Notes: generated by a model from the letters alone, not told the origin. Positions 13,169-26,709 are shown, counted from the first letter of the stretch. The stretch: DNA of 64,000 bases from Epiperipatus broadwayi (GCA_028023455.1 JAQFVV010000005.1:12276001-12340000), one strand, 5' to 3'. Numbers and translations: made by a program.

Positions 13169-13314
13169 CTTATAGTTGGTCATACTTCCTGTAGTAGATT
13201 GTAACAACATGGCCTATTTGCTCTATAGTTTTCACTATGAAACAGTCACATTGATCAAATAAAACATAAGATGCTTTTTAATTGAAGTTGTTTTAAATGT
13301 GACATGCTTCCCAC
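13169..13314 (-). other. 146-nt exon-like block, paralogous to 3741-3886
   Basis: Acceptor tatttatctag, donor gtaact, identical length to the 3741-3886 block. Flanking similarity continues at about 13425-13450 vs 4000-4025. Confidence 0.5.
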
Positions 13315-15354
13315 CTAGATAAATATTTGCAATATTAAGAAATGAAGATAAATATATACACATGTAAACAAGGATTTTTCAATTCATTCACTCACACTTC
13401 AGTTTTTATATTAATGTTTCTCTTTCCAGTGCGGGAAAATGCTTTCTTTAAACAAACAATAACTTTTCAATTATTTTATGTAAGATAACTTCAAAAGTGA
13501 TTTAAACATATAACAATCGCAAAATATGGAATCAAGAAAGGCCAATCAACATCAAACATTACACTTTTGTCTATACAGAATAATTGGCAGAGCCAAAAAT
13601 ATCAAACATTCTATCGCAGCTTTTGAAAATAATAGTCACCTATATAAAATTATTGAGGAAATGTAAGAAAATCTGAAAAAGTAGGTCTTTGTCCTTAAAA
13701 TTGAAGCAACAATAATAAATTAAAGAAATAAAGTGTGCATTATATTAGTGTTTTATACATTCACAAGTTATCATTATTTTTTTTTATCATAAACATGGTG
13801 GAAATCAGAATAGAGCATAATTGTGGTACCAAAAACACATTTCAACTTTTGATTTCTTAGCAATGACAAATAAGAAAAGAGAATAAATTTTAAAAAATGA
13901 AATAAGTCAATGATTAATGCTTTAAAATAATTTTTACCTACTTTGATCAAGTAAACTAACTACTATTCTTTATTATTATGAATATCAGAAAGGATGATAG
14001 AAAAAAATACTAAAACTTTGTAGCCATATTATTAATACAGAGTACAAAAAAATAAAAGTATCTTAATTTACTTTGTACATTATATGATAAGGCAGATAAA
14101 ATTTAAAGACAAATAGATGATAAAAAGGATGCACAACAATATATGTAAGAACTGAAGTGTGAATAAAGACTTATTGTGACATAACCACCTAGCTGAATGT
14201 TTGAGCACATAAAAATGGTGTCTTTACCAACATGCATGCTTAAAACTAGTATATTTTAATAATTGTTTGTATACTTACTATTTGTTTAATATCATTTAAA
14301 GACTCACTATTATAATTACTTGCTGGCCATGTTGTGATGTTCAAAACCAAGATGAAAGATTGAATATGCCAGTTCCATTCACTTAACCAATCAGCTGAGA
14401 TAATATAATGTATATATTCTTTTTTAAAAAGTCACTTGTAATCAACAAAAGGAATGAATTTTTTTCCTCCTGAATGTATCATCATTTTCATTCTAATGTA
14501 GAAAGAAATGTCACCAAGTTTCAAGTTTCTACAGTACTTCTTCAATTCATATGTGTGATATTTTTCTAAATGTCCATCTTTTCTACTAATATGTACAACC
14601 CAAATTCAATTCAGCCTCTTAATTCTTACAATGATGTCAATGATACTTATTTAGTATATCATCCATTTATTTTACTTTGAAATCTTCTTTGATAATAAAC
14701 TGCAACTCTCCATATTTTTCTGGGTATATAGTCTCTACATTACTCTTCTGTTAGCTAGTCTAGGTCCAGATCCAGAAGGAAAATGATTCTAACTATTCAA
14801 TGTACAACTAATTTAAAGTTTTTAAACAATGCTTTTCATTTAACTTCTTACTATATTTCAACTATTTAGAACTATAAATATATTTTATACAATTATATAA
14901 TTAAATCCTTTATATACAATTCATACACATATCAATTTTAATTTTTCAACTATGCTAAATAAGTATTTAGGCATGAATTCACTATATATGTCTATATAAA
15001 AACACATACATTATATATTTGAATATAATAATTATATATCATTTTATTTAGTTTAATGATTCATCCATAATAATATTTTTGTTTCTTATATATTTTTCAT
15101 TATTCATTTAAATTTAATTTTTATTTACTCACATGTATAAATATGCAGAATATATATTTAAAAAATACTTATCAACATTCCCTCAAAGCTGTGTGTTGGG
15201 CAATTGGACAGCGATTTTAAATGTCTATACACCAATCAGCAATTTTGTGCAATCCAGACATTCCAACACTCAAGGTATTCATCCATTTGTTTTTACATTT
15301 AAACAAAGATGAATCTAGATAAATAATTTTGATAAATAAATTGATCTGTACATA

Positions 15355-17790
15355 CAGTGGGGCAAAGATATTGCTATGGGGTCTTCAGTGTAATAATGTG
15401 TGTTCCATGACTGAAACTACTAAAAATAGATTGCAATACAATTACAATTTGGCTATATATAAGAGCTGATTGAGCACTGTCTTTCTTTCACTGGTCCTTC
15501 CTGTGGCAAGATGTTTGACAAAAATGGAACTAAAGCGTAAGTACAATGGAGATTTTTTATTATTGTAATTTTAAAAGAAATCGTCCAACATATAAATATT
15601 TAATTTTAGCCTCTACAAATATCAAAACATTCAGCATATTAATCTAAAAATAAGAAAAACGAATTAAAAACAAGAATGGCTTTCATGATCAGTTGAAACT
15701 GAAATGCCATTGGCATCAGAAATTATAATTATAAAACTTGAGAACTTTTTTAGTTGCTGCAGCAATACAGATGACATTTTCAAAATTCACAATCAATCAA
15801 ATCCAAATGTAAATTTACTATTGTTAACAAATGAGCATTTAAAGCAACATTTAAATCAAAATGTTCATACTGACGCCATCTGAAATAAAAACAATGGAGG
15901 AATTTTGAGAATTTTAATTGAAAACCTGAAAGATCATAATCTCAGATTAGAAAACACTAAATGCAAAAAATGGACAAAAACATGATTAAAAATCTGTAAG
16001 TCAATATTATCCCAGTAATTATCAATTCATTGATGCTTTTTGTGCAGCCTATACATGATCATGTAGGAAAATATGTAAACATTCCCAAATCATGGCATAG
16101 TAAGAATTATTTCTTCAAATTTATAGAATGTATAAATTTAATAATACATAAAATTATTAATGAAGTTCAAACATCTTCATTTCATTGTTTGATAGTTGAT
16201 AAAAGTAGATATTTTAATAAAAAAAAAAATATTATATATAAAATATAGATCAAAATCTGAATCCAGCATTCAAATAAAATTTGTCAGCATTATTAAGCTT
16301 ATTGCATTGTAATAAGAATAAAAAATGTTTTATAGAGAGAATAATTTTGATTTACAAAAAAATGATTTTGTTTATCTCTGATGGAGCATCTGTAATGTTA
16401 GGAAAAATAAATGGGTGTGGTGCATGGGGAAGATCTTGGAATAGATCATGCATGAAAAAAGGTTCCATTTATTGAGGATAGTGAAACTCTTTTGAGAACA
16501 ATACATATAATGTTTAGTAGATCATCTATGAGAATTAAAAACTTAAAGAATTGGCCAACATTTCAGAAATTGACATTATATCATTTAGATTTCTTAATGA
16601 AATATGATGGGTATGTAAATATTTCACATTAAAAGCTCTGATTAAGAAATTATGACATTTTAATAAATTACTGCACAGAACAACATGAAGAATTCAATGA
16701 CTCAATAAATAAATATTATTTTAAAAACTTAAAAAATCCACAATATCAAGTAGCATGTCATTCTTCAAAATGTATGAGGGGCATTAACCGCATTAAATAG
16801 TCTTTGCAAAGGACTAATTTATCCTCAATGGAAGCACACCAATTTATAAAGGCAAAAACTAATAAACTAAAAGCACAATATCTAGAAAATGTTTGCTGGA
16901 GGATAGGCATTCTAATAATTTTAGATTTCAATGATTATATAGATATTTAGCCAATACTTAACATTTATTCAACTGCTTTGTAATCATTTGGATAATAGAT
17001 TTTCAGAGAAAGATAGATATGATTGGAATGCCTTTAATCCTTTGTAATAAAAAATAATTTAAACATAGGGTATAGAAAAGAAAGTCTAAAACGTTTATTT
17101 ATAAAATATAAATCTATAATATTTAAACAGCATTAAACTGTTGCACATGCGCTTTGGATTTTAAATATAAAATGAATGAATACTAAACACTTCAACCACA
17201 TGATAAAGTCTTTGGAAAAGAGAGAATGGCCATCTATCTATAAAAAATAATACTTATAAAAATCATACAAGCTTAGACACAATTTTGGAACAATATAGTA
17301 ATTTAAAATTTTTAGAAAATGAAAGATATAAAATTGAAATAATCAAATCATTTATGATTTAGTTACATATGTCTTAAAAGACCAAGAATATAAAAAACTT
17401 TTGGTACTTGTTGATATCTGAAAAACTTTACAAGTTGAATGTGGTTTTAGTTTAATGAATGCAATAAAATCAAAATCCTTTAATAGACTAAATAACGAAC
17501 ATTTGGCTAATTTAAACATATCTTGTCAGAAAAGCAGATAAAGCTAGACAAAGTTTATAAAATTTGTGTAAGAATGACATGAAAAAATAAAGAACTAATT
17601 AATATTATTGAGTTTTGTTATGTTTTACAATAATTCATTATATATAAACTATTTTATATGTAAACATACAAATGAATGTTACATTTTGATATCTATATAC
17701 ATATATTTTGTTGCACAATGGTCGGTTTAATGTGCTCACTCTTGTATTTATAGCTCAGACACCAATCTACTCTTAGGTGAACATCGCTCA
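15355..17790 (+). mobile_element. Decayed hAT transposon (ZNF862-like transposase)
   Basis: Fragments read SSFHCLIVDKSR (first catalytic-Asp region), FISDGASVMLG (second Asp) and ECGFSLMNAIKSKSFNRL at about 17437 (hATC dimerisation motif). Many stops and frameshifts. Boundaries are tentative: cagtgg at 15355, no clear right TIR. Confidence 0.7.
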
Positions 17791-20700
17791 TCATATATAT
17801 AAATTTACACATTCTATAAGTATCTATTATCTTTGTAATTAATTATTATGTGTACATATATAAAAATATTAATATAATTTTGTAGAACAAATAGTAAGAA
17901 TATATTAGACAGAATAGAATTGGATGAAAGAATGAGAACGTCTGATACCTTTACTGATATGATGTAAGGTCTATCGTTTGCAGCAGGAACTCCTGTTTTT
18001 CTGTGAGATTAATATTGTATACTATTTAAAATGTTTAGAAGAAATGTCATTCAAATTAGTAAATTACAGTCAACCCAATTCTCTTAAGCAAGCAATCACC
18101 ATGCATTAGCTATTTGGCAACCACATTTTCCATCTCTTAATTATATTCTCAGCAATTCTGCTTCATTTTTTTTTCTCTCTTTTTAATATAACTTTTCTAC
18201 TCTTTATTTTTCTCTTTTTTTCTACTTCTTGAATTAGAATAAATGCTTATTTTACAAATGAGACTAATCAGGGTGCTATATATTACTTTATAATTTATTT
18301 ATTTTAATTCAATGATTAATAATAAAATTTAGTTTTCAACATCTATTTATATTTAATAAATAAATAAAAAATTGTATTATAAATTTATAATAGGTAGTTT
18401 AACTGCCCTTAATTTATATACTTGTCACTTTTAATATAATTTGCTTAAGAGATTTTTCCCATAACTTTAGCTTTAAATTTTAAAATTTTAAGCTTTCCAT
18501 TTCAAGACTTAATTTCCTTCTCTTAAAATTTAAGTTATTATGCATTTTTTATTTTATTGATTACTATATCACTTGAAAATGACTTGATCCAATGAAAACA
18601 TATCCTTGAGGAAATACTTGATAGTTTTATTCTTTGAATACATATAGGAGAGAGGTTTTATAAACCAATTACTTAAGCTAGAGTATTTAATATTAATATT
18701 ATTTATAACAATTTCTAATTTAGCATTAAACATTTAATAAATGTACCCATAATTCCAGTAGATAAAAAGAAAAAATAAACATAGCAACAAACATTAATCA
18801 CTAGGTTTCAATACTGTTTTTTTTTTTTCCAATGAAGTGCAACTTAAGATTTTCAGTTTCTCTAATGGTTTCTGTTTTCATTCACAGAAATTTAATTTTT
18901 AGAAAGATTGTGGTAATTTTTTTTCTTGTTAGAACCACCAAATTCCTATTAGCAAATCAATTATGTCAGTGCTTGTTGAGAAAAGGGAAGATATCTAAGG
19001 TTACCTTTACTAATGAAGATAAAATTTATTTGAAGAAAATTGGACAAACACTAATAGGTAATTTGATTGACCTTTCATATAATCGTTATTCTCGAGTAAA
19101 ATCAGCACTTTTAAAATAGAAGCAGCTTTAAATTTTATATCCTATTTTTGTTGCAAGACAACTTGTTTATTTATGCATCTGTCTTTGCAGTACAAATTAG
19201 TCATCAGTTTTTAAAAAGGGAAATACAGTCCACTTAACATTTTACAAAAGTAATGTTTCAGCCTTGTCATATTTCAGTGAGATCTACTTAAATTATTTTG
19301 TGTAAAAAATGAATATTCACATTAAATTTAGAAATTTTCATTTACCTATCAATCATTTTATCTTTTAGAAGTATATATGTACATACAGGAAATAAGCAAT
19401 ATATATTATATAATTAATGTCCAATAAATAGTAAAACACAGATGTTAAATACTGCACATAAACATTATTTAAGAAATCAAATAACTAAATAAGAAAGCTT
19501 TCATCCAGGATTCATATTTCCAGCTGTATACTTTCAATATATATGTATCAAGTCCTATTATTTCCCAATTTGACAATTACAAGCAAATCTATAAACTGTT
19601 GTTTATTCAATATTACTCTGTCATTATATAGTATTATTTCTTGATGTGGTTATTACATATATATATGTGTGTGTGTGCGTTCTTTTTGTTAATTACCAAG
19701 TTTCTAAATGAAGTTTGCATTACACAAGTTTTTCAATATTTTTAAACAGAGCGTTAGATATTAAAATAGTTAAATTTGGTTGTGATCATCAGATTTGGAA
19801 AGTAATGAAAGAAAATATCTAGCTGACAAAGTGATTCAGACAAAAATTCAAATCTTTGTGAGGACTTACTGACTTTTTCAATCTGCTAGTATTTTTTTAA
19901 GTTTTTACAATAACATTGATTTATCAATAATAATATTCCCTTGTTGGATGAGCCAAATGTGAAGGAAACTATTCTAATAATGAATAAAATTTATAAATAA
20001 CAGTATAAAATAATATACTACTCATCATGCTAGATAATTAATATCATAAATGGACTTGACTATCATTAACTACCCACAGATTAGGTTATCTCAAATATAC
20101 TGAAAATATCATAACTGAATATGGCTAGTTGGCCTGCAAACTAAACGCATTACATATTTTGGAAACTACCTGAAATAAATATAATTATAAACCAAGTGGT
20201 TTTCTCCACTTATATATTACATAGCTGGACAATCTAAATATGCTGAGTAAATGTCAAACTCAGGCAATTTAAAATATGAGTAAATAAATAAATTGATCAC
20301 AAATGGCTTTCATGTCTACATGTACAATGGACTCATAAATTTATAAAGAGTGCCAATGAATTCATAGGCATATTCTTGACTGACAAAGAAAATAAAATTT
20401 ATTGTTTTACTGGATATTGAAATATCACCTGGAATATACTATACGGTAAAATAAAATAGTTATCTAACGATTCATGCAGTAGTAAACCAAAATATTTACT
20501 GTTAATAACAATATAAATTTATTAAGATAGACATTAATTTATATGTGATGGTTAGAACAAATAATAATTTACAACAGCAATTAACATCATATAATGTACA
20601 TGTATAATTCATTTATAGCTCACCTTCGTTATAATACAATTAAATGTGACAGATTTTTGTAACTAAAATTATCAATATATATATTCTTTCATATAAGTAA

Positions 20701-21714
20701 AAATAAAATATATGGACGAATTTTAATATTATTATCTAAGTGTATATATATAATAATCAAATAATATTTTTGTTTTGTAAAATTATTTAATTTTAAATTA
20801 AGTTATGCAAATAATATTTTTTTTGTTCTAATTGATCTTTTACTTTACTTGATTATTATTAAATTATATTATCGGATGACAAACCAGACTGTATTGTAAT
20901 TAATGTGATTAATTTTTAGAAGAAATATATTATAAAGATTTATAAATATTACCATTTATAATTTCAACTGTTAATAAGCAAGATTCTCTCTAATCGTCTG
21001 TTAATATTAATAGATATAAAACTTCAATTTAACTTTCTTATTTTGCATTTCCTTTGGCATCTTCATGCTAGTACACGTATATGTATGCTTCTTAGACATT
21101 CTTAATCCTTAAATGTTGCTCAATTATTTTCCTTTATTGGTATTGCAATAGATTTTTTTGCAGTCTTAACTTCAATGGTGGTCAGCATAGCATTTTGTTA
21201 TTAATCATTCCGTTTAAACCATAGACATTCCAATAGAAGCAACTCTTATTCCTTCCTTCCAGGCTCCTCTACTCACAATATATTTTTTTTGTTGTAAGTC
21301 TAGAATCTATTTGTAAAATAAGATAAATAAAATACAAAAAACTTTTAAAGGAAAGTATGTGCTATCCCTTCTGAAGAAAATTGTCTCTATCTCTATAGTA
21401 ACATAAACAATGTAGTCTAGATTTTTAAACACTAACTTTAAACATGTGATTTCTTTTTTCTAATTTTAATAAAGCATTGTTATCATTTGATAATTTAATA
21501 AAATCTTTTAATTTTAATAAATAAATGATTCATTTAGTCTACATTGATTTAAAACAAATATTTCTATTAAACATTTGATTGAATTTGTTCTTTATTTAGG
21601 ACAAAATGAAGACTTGTGTATATCACAATTACACATATAAATTTACAGTGAGTTTTAGAAACACACATAAGCAAATTTTGTTATAATTAAAATATCACAT
21701 AAAATACATGAAAA

Positions 21715-23620
21715 AGTGGAAAGTGATATGATCAGTAAAATGACTAGCTTCTTGATTTTCCAAAACATTTTTTTTTTTGAGTGTTTATAATCATACAAAC
21801 ATTTGCATCATTCAGTTCCAGAAGTGACTTGTTCATATTTTTTTTCTTGTTCACTTTAAATTTTGGAGAATGTTTCATGTGTATACATTTTTTATAATCT
21901 ATCAAAGTATTTTTAACAGCTGCATTGCCATTATATAAGCTACAGTGGAAATTTTTTTACTTTTGTGTTTTATCATACTTTATCAATCTGTATTGTATAG
22001 CAGTCTTGTAATCATAGTGGCAACAAAGAAATGATTCTTCTGTATGTTTTCTTTCATAAATTTTTAACTAATTTTGACAGCAGCCCTGTAATTACAGGTA
22101 CAGCACTGAAATGGCTTTTCATCTGAATGTGTTCTTTCATGCAATTTTGCTCTCACTTTTTCAACACTCGTAATCATATAAACTGCAAAGGAAAGGTTTT
22201 TCTCCTTTATGTCTACATTTGCGACTTTTTAATCTTATTCTAGCAGGTCTTATCATCACATAAATTACAATTGAATGTTTTACACCTGCATGAATTCTTC
22301 CATGCCTTTTTAAACAATGTTTAGAAGCAATTTATAATCACATGACCAACAATGGATTTTTCTCCTGTATGACTTATGTAAATTTTAAGGCAACTTTTTA
22401 CACTAATGCTATAATCACAATAGCTGCAAATATTCTTTTATATGATATTAATTTATTTTTCATATAATTGTGTTCGTTCATGTATTTTTAAATTATATTT
22501 GATTTATGGGCCTGTAATCACAAAAACTGCATGTGAATGTTTTCCCCCAGTATGTCTACTTTCATGTAATATTAATCTTTTTTTTTTATAGAAATCTGAT
22601 AATCATATAAATAATATTGATATGATTTTGATCCTATATGCATTCTTTTATATATTTTTAATTTTACTTTATCTAAAAATTTAAAATTACATGAGTAACA
22701 ATACATATTTCTTTTCTTGTTTTGTGTATTCCTGTAGTTTTTAAAATTATTTTTGTCAACAAATCTGTAATCACAAAGAATGCCTTGGAATGATTTCTAT
22801 ATTTTTTCTTACATGTAGTTCCAATCCACTTTTTATTGCAGTCTTACATTTGTACAAACTACAGTAAAACATTTTTTTTTCTCCTGTGTTTTTTTTACAA
22901 GTCCCATAAACAACTTTTTTGAATAATTACATACAAATTACAGTGGAACAATTTCTTTCATTCATGAATTCTTTTATGTAGTTTTATTTTTTTACCCAGC
23001 ATTTTTGTAATTACACAAGCTGCATTTATTTGATATGTTTTATATATACATTTCCATTTATATGTACACCATTTTTTTCCAGCAATTTGGTAATCACATA
23101 AATTGTAGCACAAAAGTTTATTATATGTGGGTTTTTTTTATCATGCCTTAAGTGGAATATTTGGCTTCTGTATACATTTTTTATATAGTAATAAATTACT
23201 TTTTAGAGCCATTTTACAATCACAAAAACTGCAATATAAGTTTTATATATATACATGAGTTATTTTATATAATTGTAGTTCTTCTGTTTTTGCACTTTTA
23301 AAATTATACCAATGTCCTTAAAATAATTTTTTTAAATTGGACAAATTTTTTTTAACCATTATATATTCCAATAATCATTTACATGATTTATAAAGTGAAA
23401 AATACTTTCTATTGGCCATTCCAAATCTTCAATAAATTTTATTTTTCTTTGCCTTTATAAAATTATTTATCAATTTTTACTATAATTATAATCCCTTAAC
23501 AGGCTTTTACTTGACATTTTATGAATCAGCATAGATTTTTTTAAAAGTAGATTTGATTATTGCCATACAAATACAAAAACTGCATTTGAATATATTCCCC
23601 CCTTCATGCTAATTTCACAC
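21715..23620 (-). pseudogene. C2H2 zinc-finger pseudogene, paralog of the 994-2031 gene
   Basis: An ~84-bp periodic decayed HTGEKPFxCxxCDY pattern. The C-terminus reads CKCLYDYKHSKKNVLENQEASHFTDH vs FKCLLCDFKDSKKSVLEIHEASHFTDY in the intact gene. No ORF of 60 aa or more survives. Confidence 0.85.
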
Positions 23621-24006
23621 ATTTTTAAACTAAAAAATTAATAAACAAGTTAAATAAAGCAATGCTATTTCGGGATTAGTTAGATGCTATTTGTATGTAT
23701 ATTGGCAATAGGGTAGTTTTGATATTAATTAAAAACATTTAATATGAACAAATTTAAGAAAAGACAGGATCCTATTGATTCATTCTTATTTATTAGTAAG
23801 ATTGTAACACTTCAAAGAACAAAGAGTAAAATTTTATAAAAGTGAAAAAGTTAAGAAAGATTTGAAAGAAAACTTAAACCAGAAATTCTGCTCTCAAAGA
23901 GCAAACAAAGAACTACAACAGCCTAAATTATTTAAGTCTGTCTCAACAGCAATAATTAAAAATATTAGTTGTGTATAAAATTTAAATAAAAATATCTCGG
24001 AAGTCA

Positions 24007-24034
24007 ATTATTATTATTATTATTATTATTATTA
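24007..24034. repeat. (TAT)n microsatellite
   Basis: About nine perfect TAT units. Confidence 0.9.
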
Positions 24035-24473
24035 TAAGACCAAGTGTAACATAAATTACATAAGCATATGGCAACCTAGGATACAAGTGCCAAGCACAAT
24101 GATTACCAATCGCACTCTGATTGAATTGAAATAATAAAACATATTTTAATTATAGTGCACATTTGAATTATCAATGTTTAGCATATCTGACTCACATGTA
24201 AATGGAAAGCATGATTCAGTTTAATTTTCTAAGTATTTTTTTTATAATAAACATGTATTCAAATTTTGTTATTTTCACTAAAGATAGGAGCTAAGCAAGA
24301 TGGAAATATTTTTTCCCCCAGGGAGGATTAATTTTGCCTGGATTTTTTTTTGACGGTCAATTGACCTTTGATACTTTTGTACCCAACTGCATATTTAGAG
24401 TAAATTTATATTCGAACAAAATATTATATCAATTAATTCATTTGAAAAACTTTTATTTGTAATTATATAATAA

Positions 24474-25600
24474 TACATTTTAAGTTTTGGTGCATTTACT
24501 TGGGGGGAAAAAGTAAAAAAATTCTCTCTATCAACTATCATAGAAACTGTAATACCTACGGCCAGGCCTCCCCCCAGTAAAGACATATGGCTTGACACCA
24601 TTATTAAGCAACAATTTCTATACATTGGGCACTCAACAGCAGGGCTTAATAATAAAATTAGCATTTGGCAGGCACACCACCTGCTGAATCCTGAAAATAC
24701 AGTCGTGTGTATTCACCTAGGGTGCAGCAATCATAGAATTACCACAATATTTAAATCTCTGCTACTGGAGCCCAAACTTTTGGATTATCTGATCAAGGTT
24801 AATATGGGCTCCATGTCAACTAATACATTCTTACACTTCAAGCGGTTTATAAATAGAATAGACCCAATCTGTCATGCCTGCTCCAGAGGAGAGGAGACTT
24901 TTAATCATCTGATAAATATATGTCCAGGCTATAACAGTATTAGACGTGTCATCTCTCAACACTGTGTTATAGCAGTGGATAAAATCCTGGACATCAGGGG
25001 TTGTCTCTCCTCTGGAGACTTTATGGTTATCAGGTTATCTACCTTCCTGACATACGCTCTTTGGTACACAAGATGCAGGACAAAGTTTACACAACCAGCA
25101 CTGGACCCTACTGCTATATTTCTCAAAAAGCTTAAAGTTCTTCAGAGCAAGGACAAGATATTATCCTCTAGATTCTTATTTACAAATACAGGAATCTGCT
25201 AGTATGGCCCACGGACTCGACATGAATATTGGACCTTATTTATTGACATTATAATGTATCATAAATGAAGTAGTGTATGATGCAACATGCCGGATCCTGC
25301 AAGAGAGGCAATGATTTCACACCACATGGATACCAGTGCTGATATGTCAGCATTATAGAGTGAATCTAAAAGGGGTGGACAATACCAACAAAATGGAATG
25401 CTACTTACTTATGCATCAACCTGTTAGTGCAGTTAATGACTCTGTCATACATCTACCAGACCTAGAACACCCACATGGCCAAGTCAGCCTTGGTGGAAGA
25501 AGCCAATACCAGCAATAGATTTGAGCTAACATTAGTAAAGTGTATTTAGTATTCATCTGTACAAATTTTATTATGTCAATAAATATATTTTTTTTTAAAA
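24474..25600 (+). mobile_element. 5'-truncated L1/Tx1-like LINE 3' end (zf-RVT-like domain, 3' UTR, polyadenylation signal)
   Basis: The frame is open from 24474 to the stop at 25202 and contains LSTN-like GSMSTN, CHACSRGEETFNHLINIC and ALWYTRC. GC content is higher than the flanks, and aataaa precedes a T/A run near 25580-25605. Confidence 0.75.
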
Positions 25601-26100
25601 AAAAGTTTACAATTTGTGATATGTAAGACTTGATAATATCATTTGGATGTCAAAGAACTTAAAAATAATTGTTTTTTTTTTTCTTTTAATATTTATTATG
25701 GAATTAAACAAATTTCTCATAGAGAAAAATTCCAAATATCCATAGTTTTAAAGACAAGAAAGAATATATAAAAAATCTTAGATTTCGAGTGGACTTTTTA
25801 TATCACAAAAATGAGTCTTTTTTAAAACATTTTGGATGAATGCTACAAAAATATTTATTTTATTTTGTCAAGAGTTCATTAATCAGTTTTTAAATGGGTT
25901 TTTACTCTGAATTACTGTACATTAATCAACAATTTTGTAAACAATACACATTTTTTTAAGCACAAAAAGAATGAATTTTCTCTATGCCAAAGGAAATTTT
26001 AAGAAGTCTTTTGAATGCAATATAATTTAACAAAACATATTTTTCAAAAGTATATAATTTTGAAACCAATTATAACTGGACCAAATTTGATATATAAGAT

Positions 26101-26708
26101 TCACATGATCACCATTTCTTATGCTTGCTCATAACTGTTATTAAAACAGGCAAAATTCTCCATACAGTAGTGCCACTAAGCGCAAGCCAGAGTAATCAAT
26201 GGATGTCAGAAGGCTTTTGCATAAAATACCTATCTAGTGTCTACTCATCCAATATCCCCAGACTAGTAGCTTGTGGCTTTTGTTAGTGAGGAGCCTTGGA
26301 TCGGAGAGCACTGCACCTAGATCTTAGGATCTAATGCAACTCTCCAGAAGCCACCTTTTATCTCCACTTAATGTATGGTTACTGAACTGAGTTCAGACCT
26401 ATATGACTATAGAAGCTAATGAGCTTGGGTTGAAAATACTATTGTGTTTTCAATTTTATTCTCAAAGTTTTGTAGTTAAGGAGAGATAAAAGGTGGCTGC
26501 TGGAGGGTTGTATTAGATCCAAAGATCTAGGTGCAGTGCTCTCAGATCCAAGGCTCTTCACTGATGAAAGCCACAAACTAGAAATTAGTCTGGGGATATT
26601 GGCTGAGTAGGCACTAGACAGTGATTTTATGCACAAGCCTTCTGGTATCCATTGATTATTCTGGCTTGCACTGAGTGGCACTACTGAATGGAGTTTTGTA
26701 AATTTAAA
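26101..26708. mobile_element. Family A repeat: head-to-head inverted pair (minus copy 26101-26371, plus copy 26371-26708)
   Basis: Inverted arms of ~220 bp around a ~105-bp spacer. The spacer plus right arm match 38244-38552 and the reverse complement of 53747-54078. Confidence 0.9.
26541..26607 (+). ncRNA. Type I hammerhead ribozyme-like motif (family A, partly decayed)
   Basis: CUCUUCA CUGAUGA A AGC-CACAA-ACU A GAAAU-UA-GUC|UGGGGA. Stem I pairs but stem II has one mismatch. Confidence 0.5.
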
Positions 26709-26709
26709 T

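Noticed and set aside
14470-14790. Possible Gypsy integrase zinc-binding remnant (DYIPRK...ILNKYH*HHC) on the minus strand
   Set aside because: Too many stops and too few conserved residues to support a feature.
18150-19120. Possible decayed LINE 3' end, including the 95-aa plus-strand ORF
   Set aside because: Only a faint, frameshifted resemblance to a zf-RVT motif. The ORF is low-complexity.
26101-26708. Interpretation of family A as a conventional MITE with long TIRs
   Set aside because: Arm lengths and breakpoints differ between the two palindromic loci, four loci are asymmetric, and no TSD was seen. It is not fully excluded without genome-wide copies.
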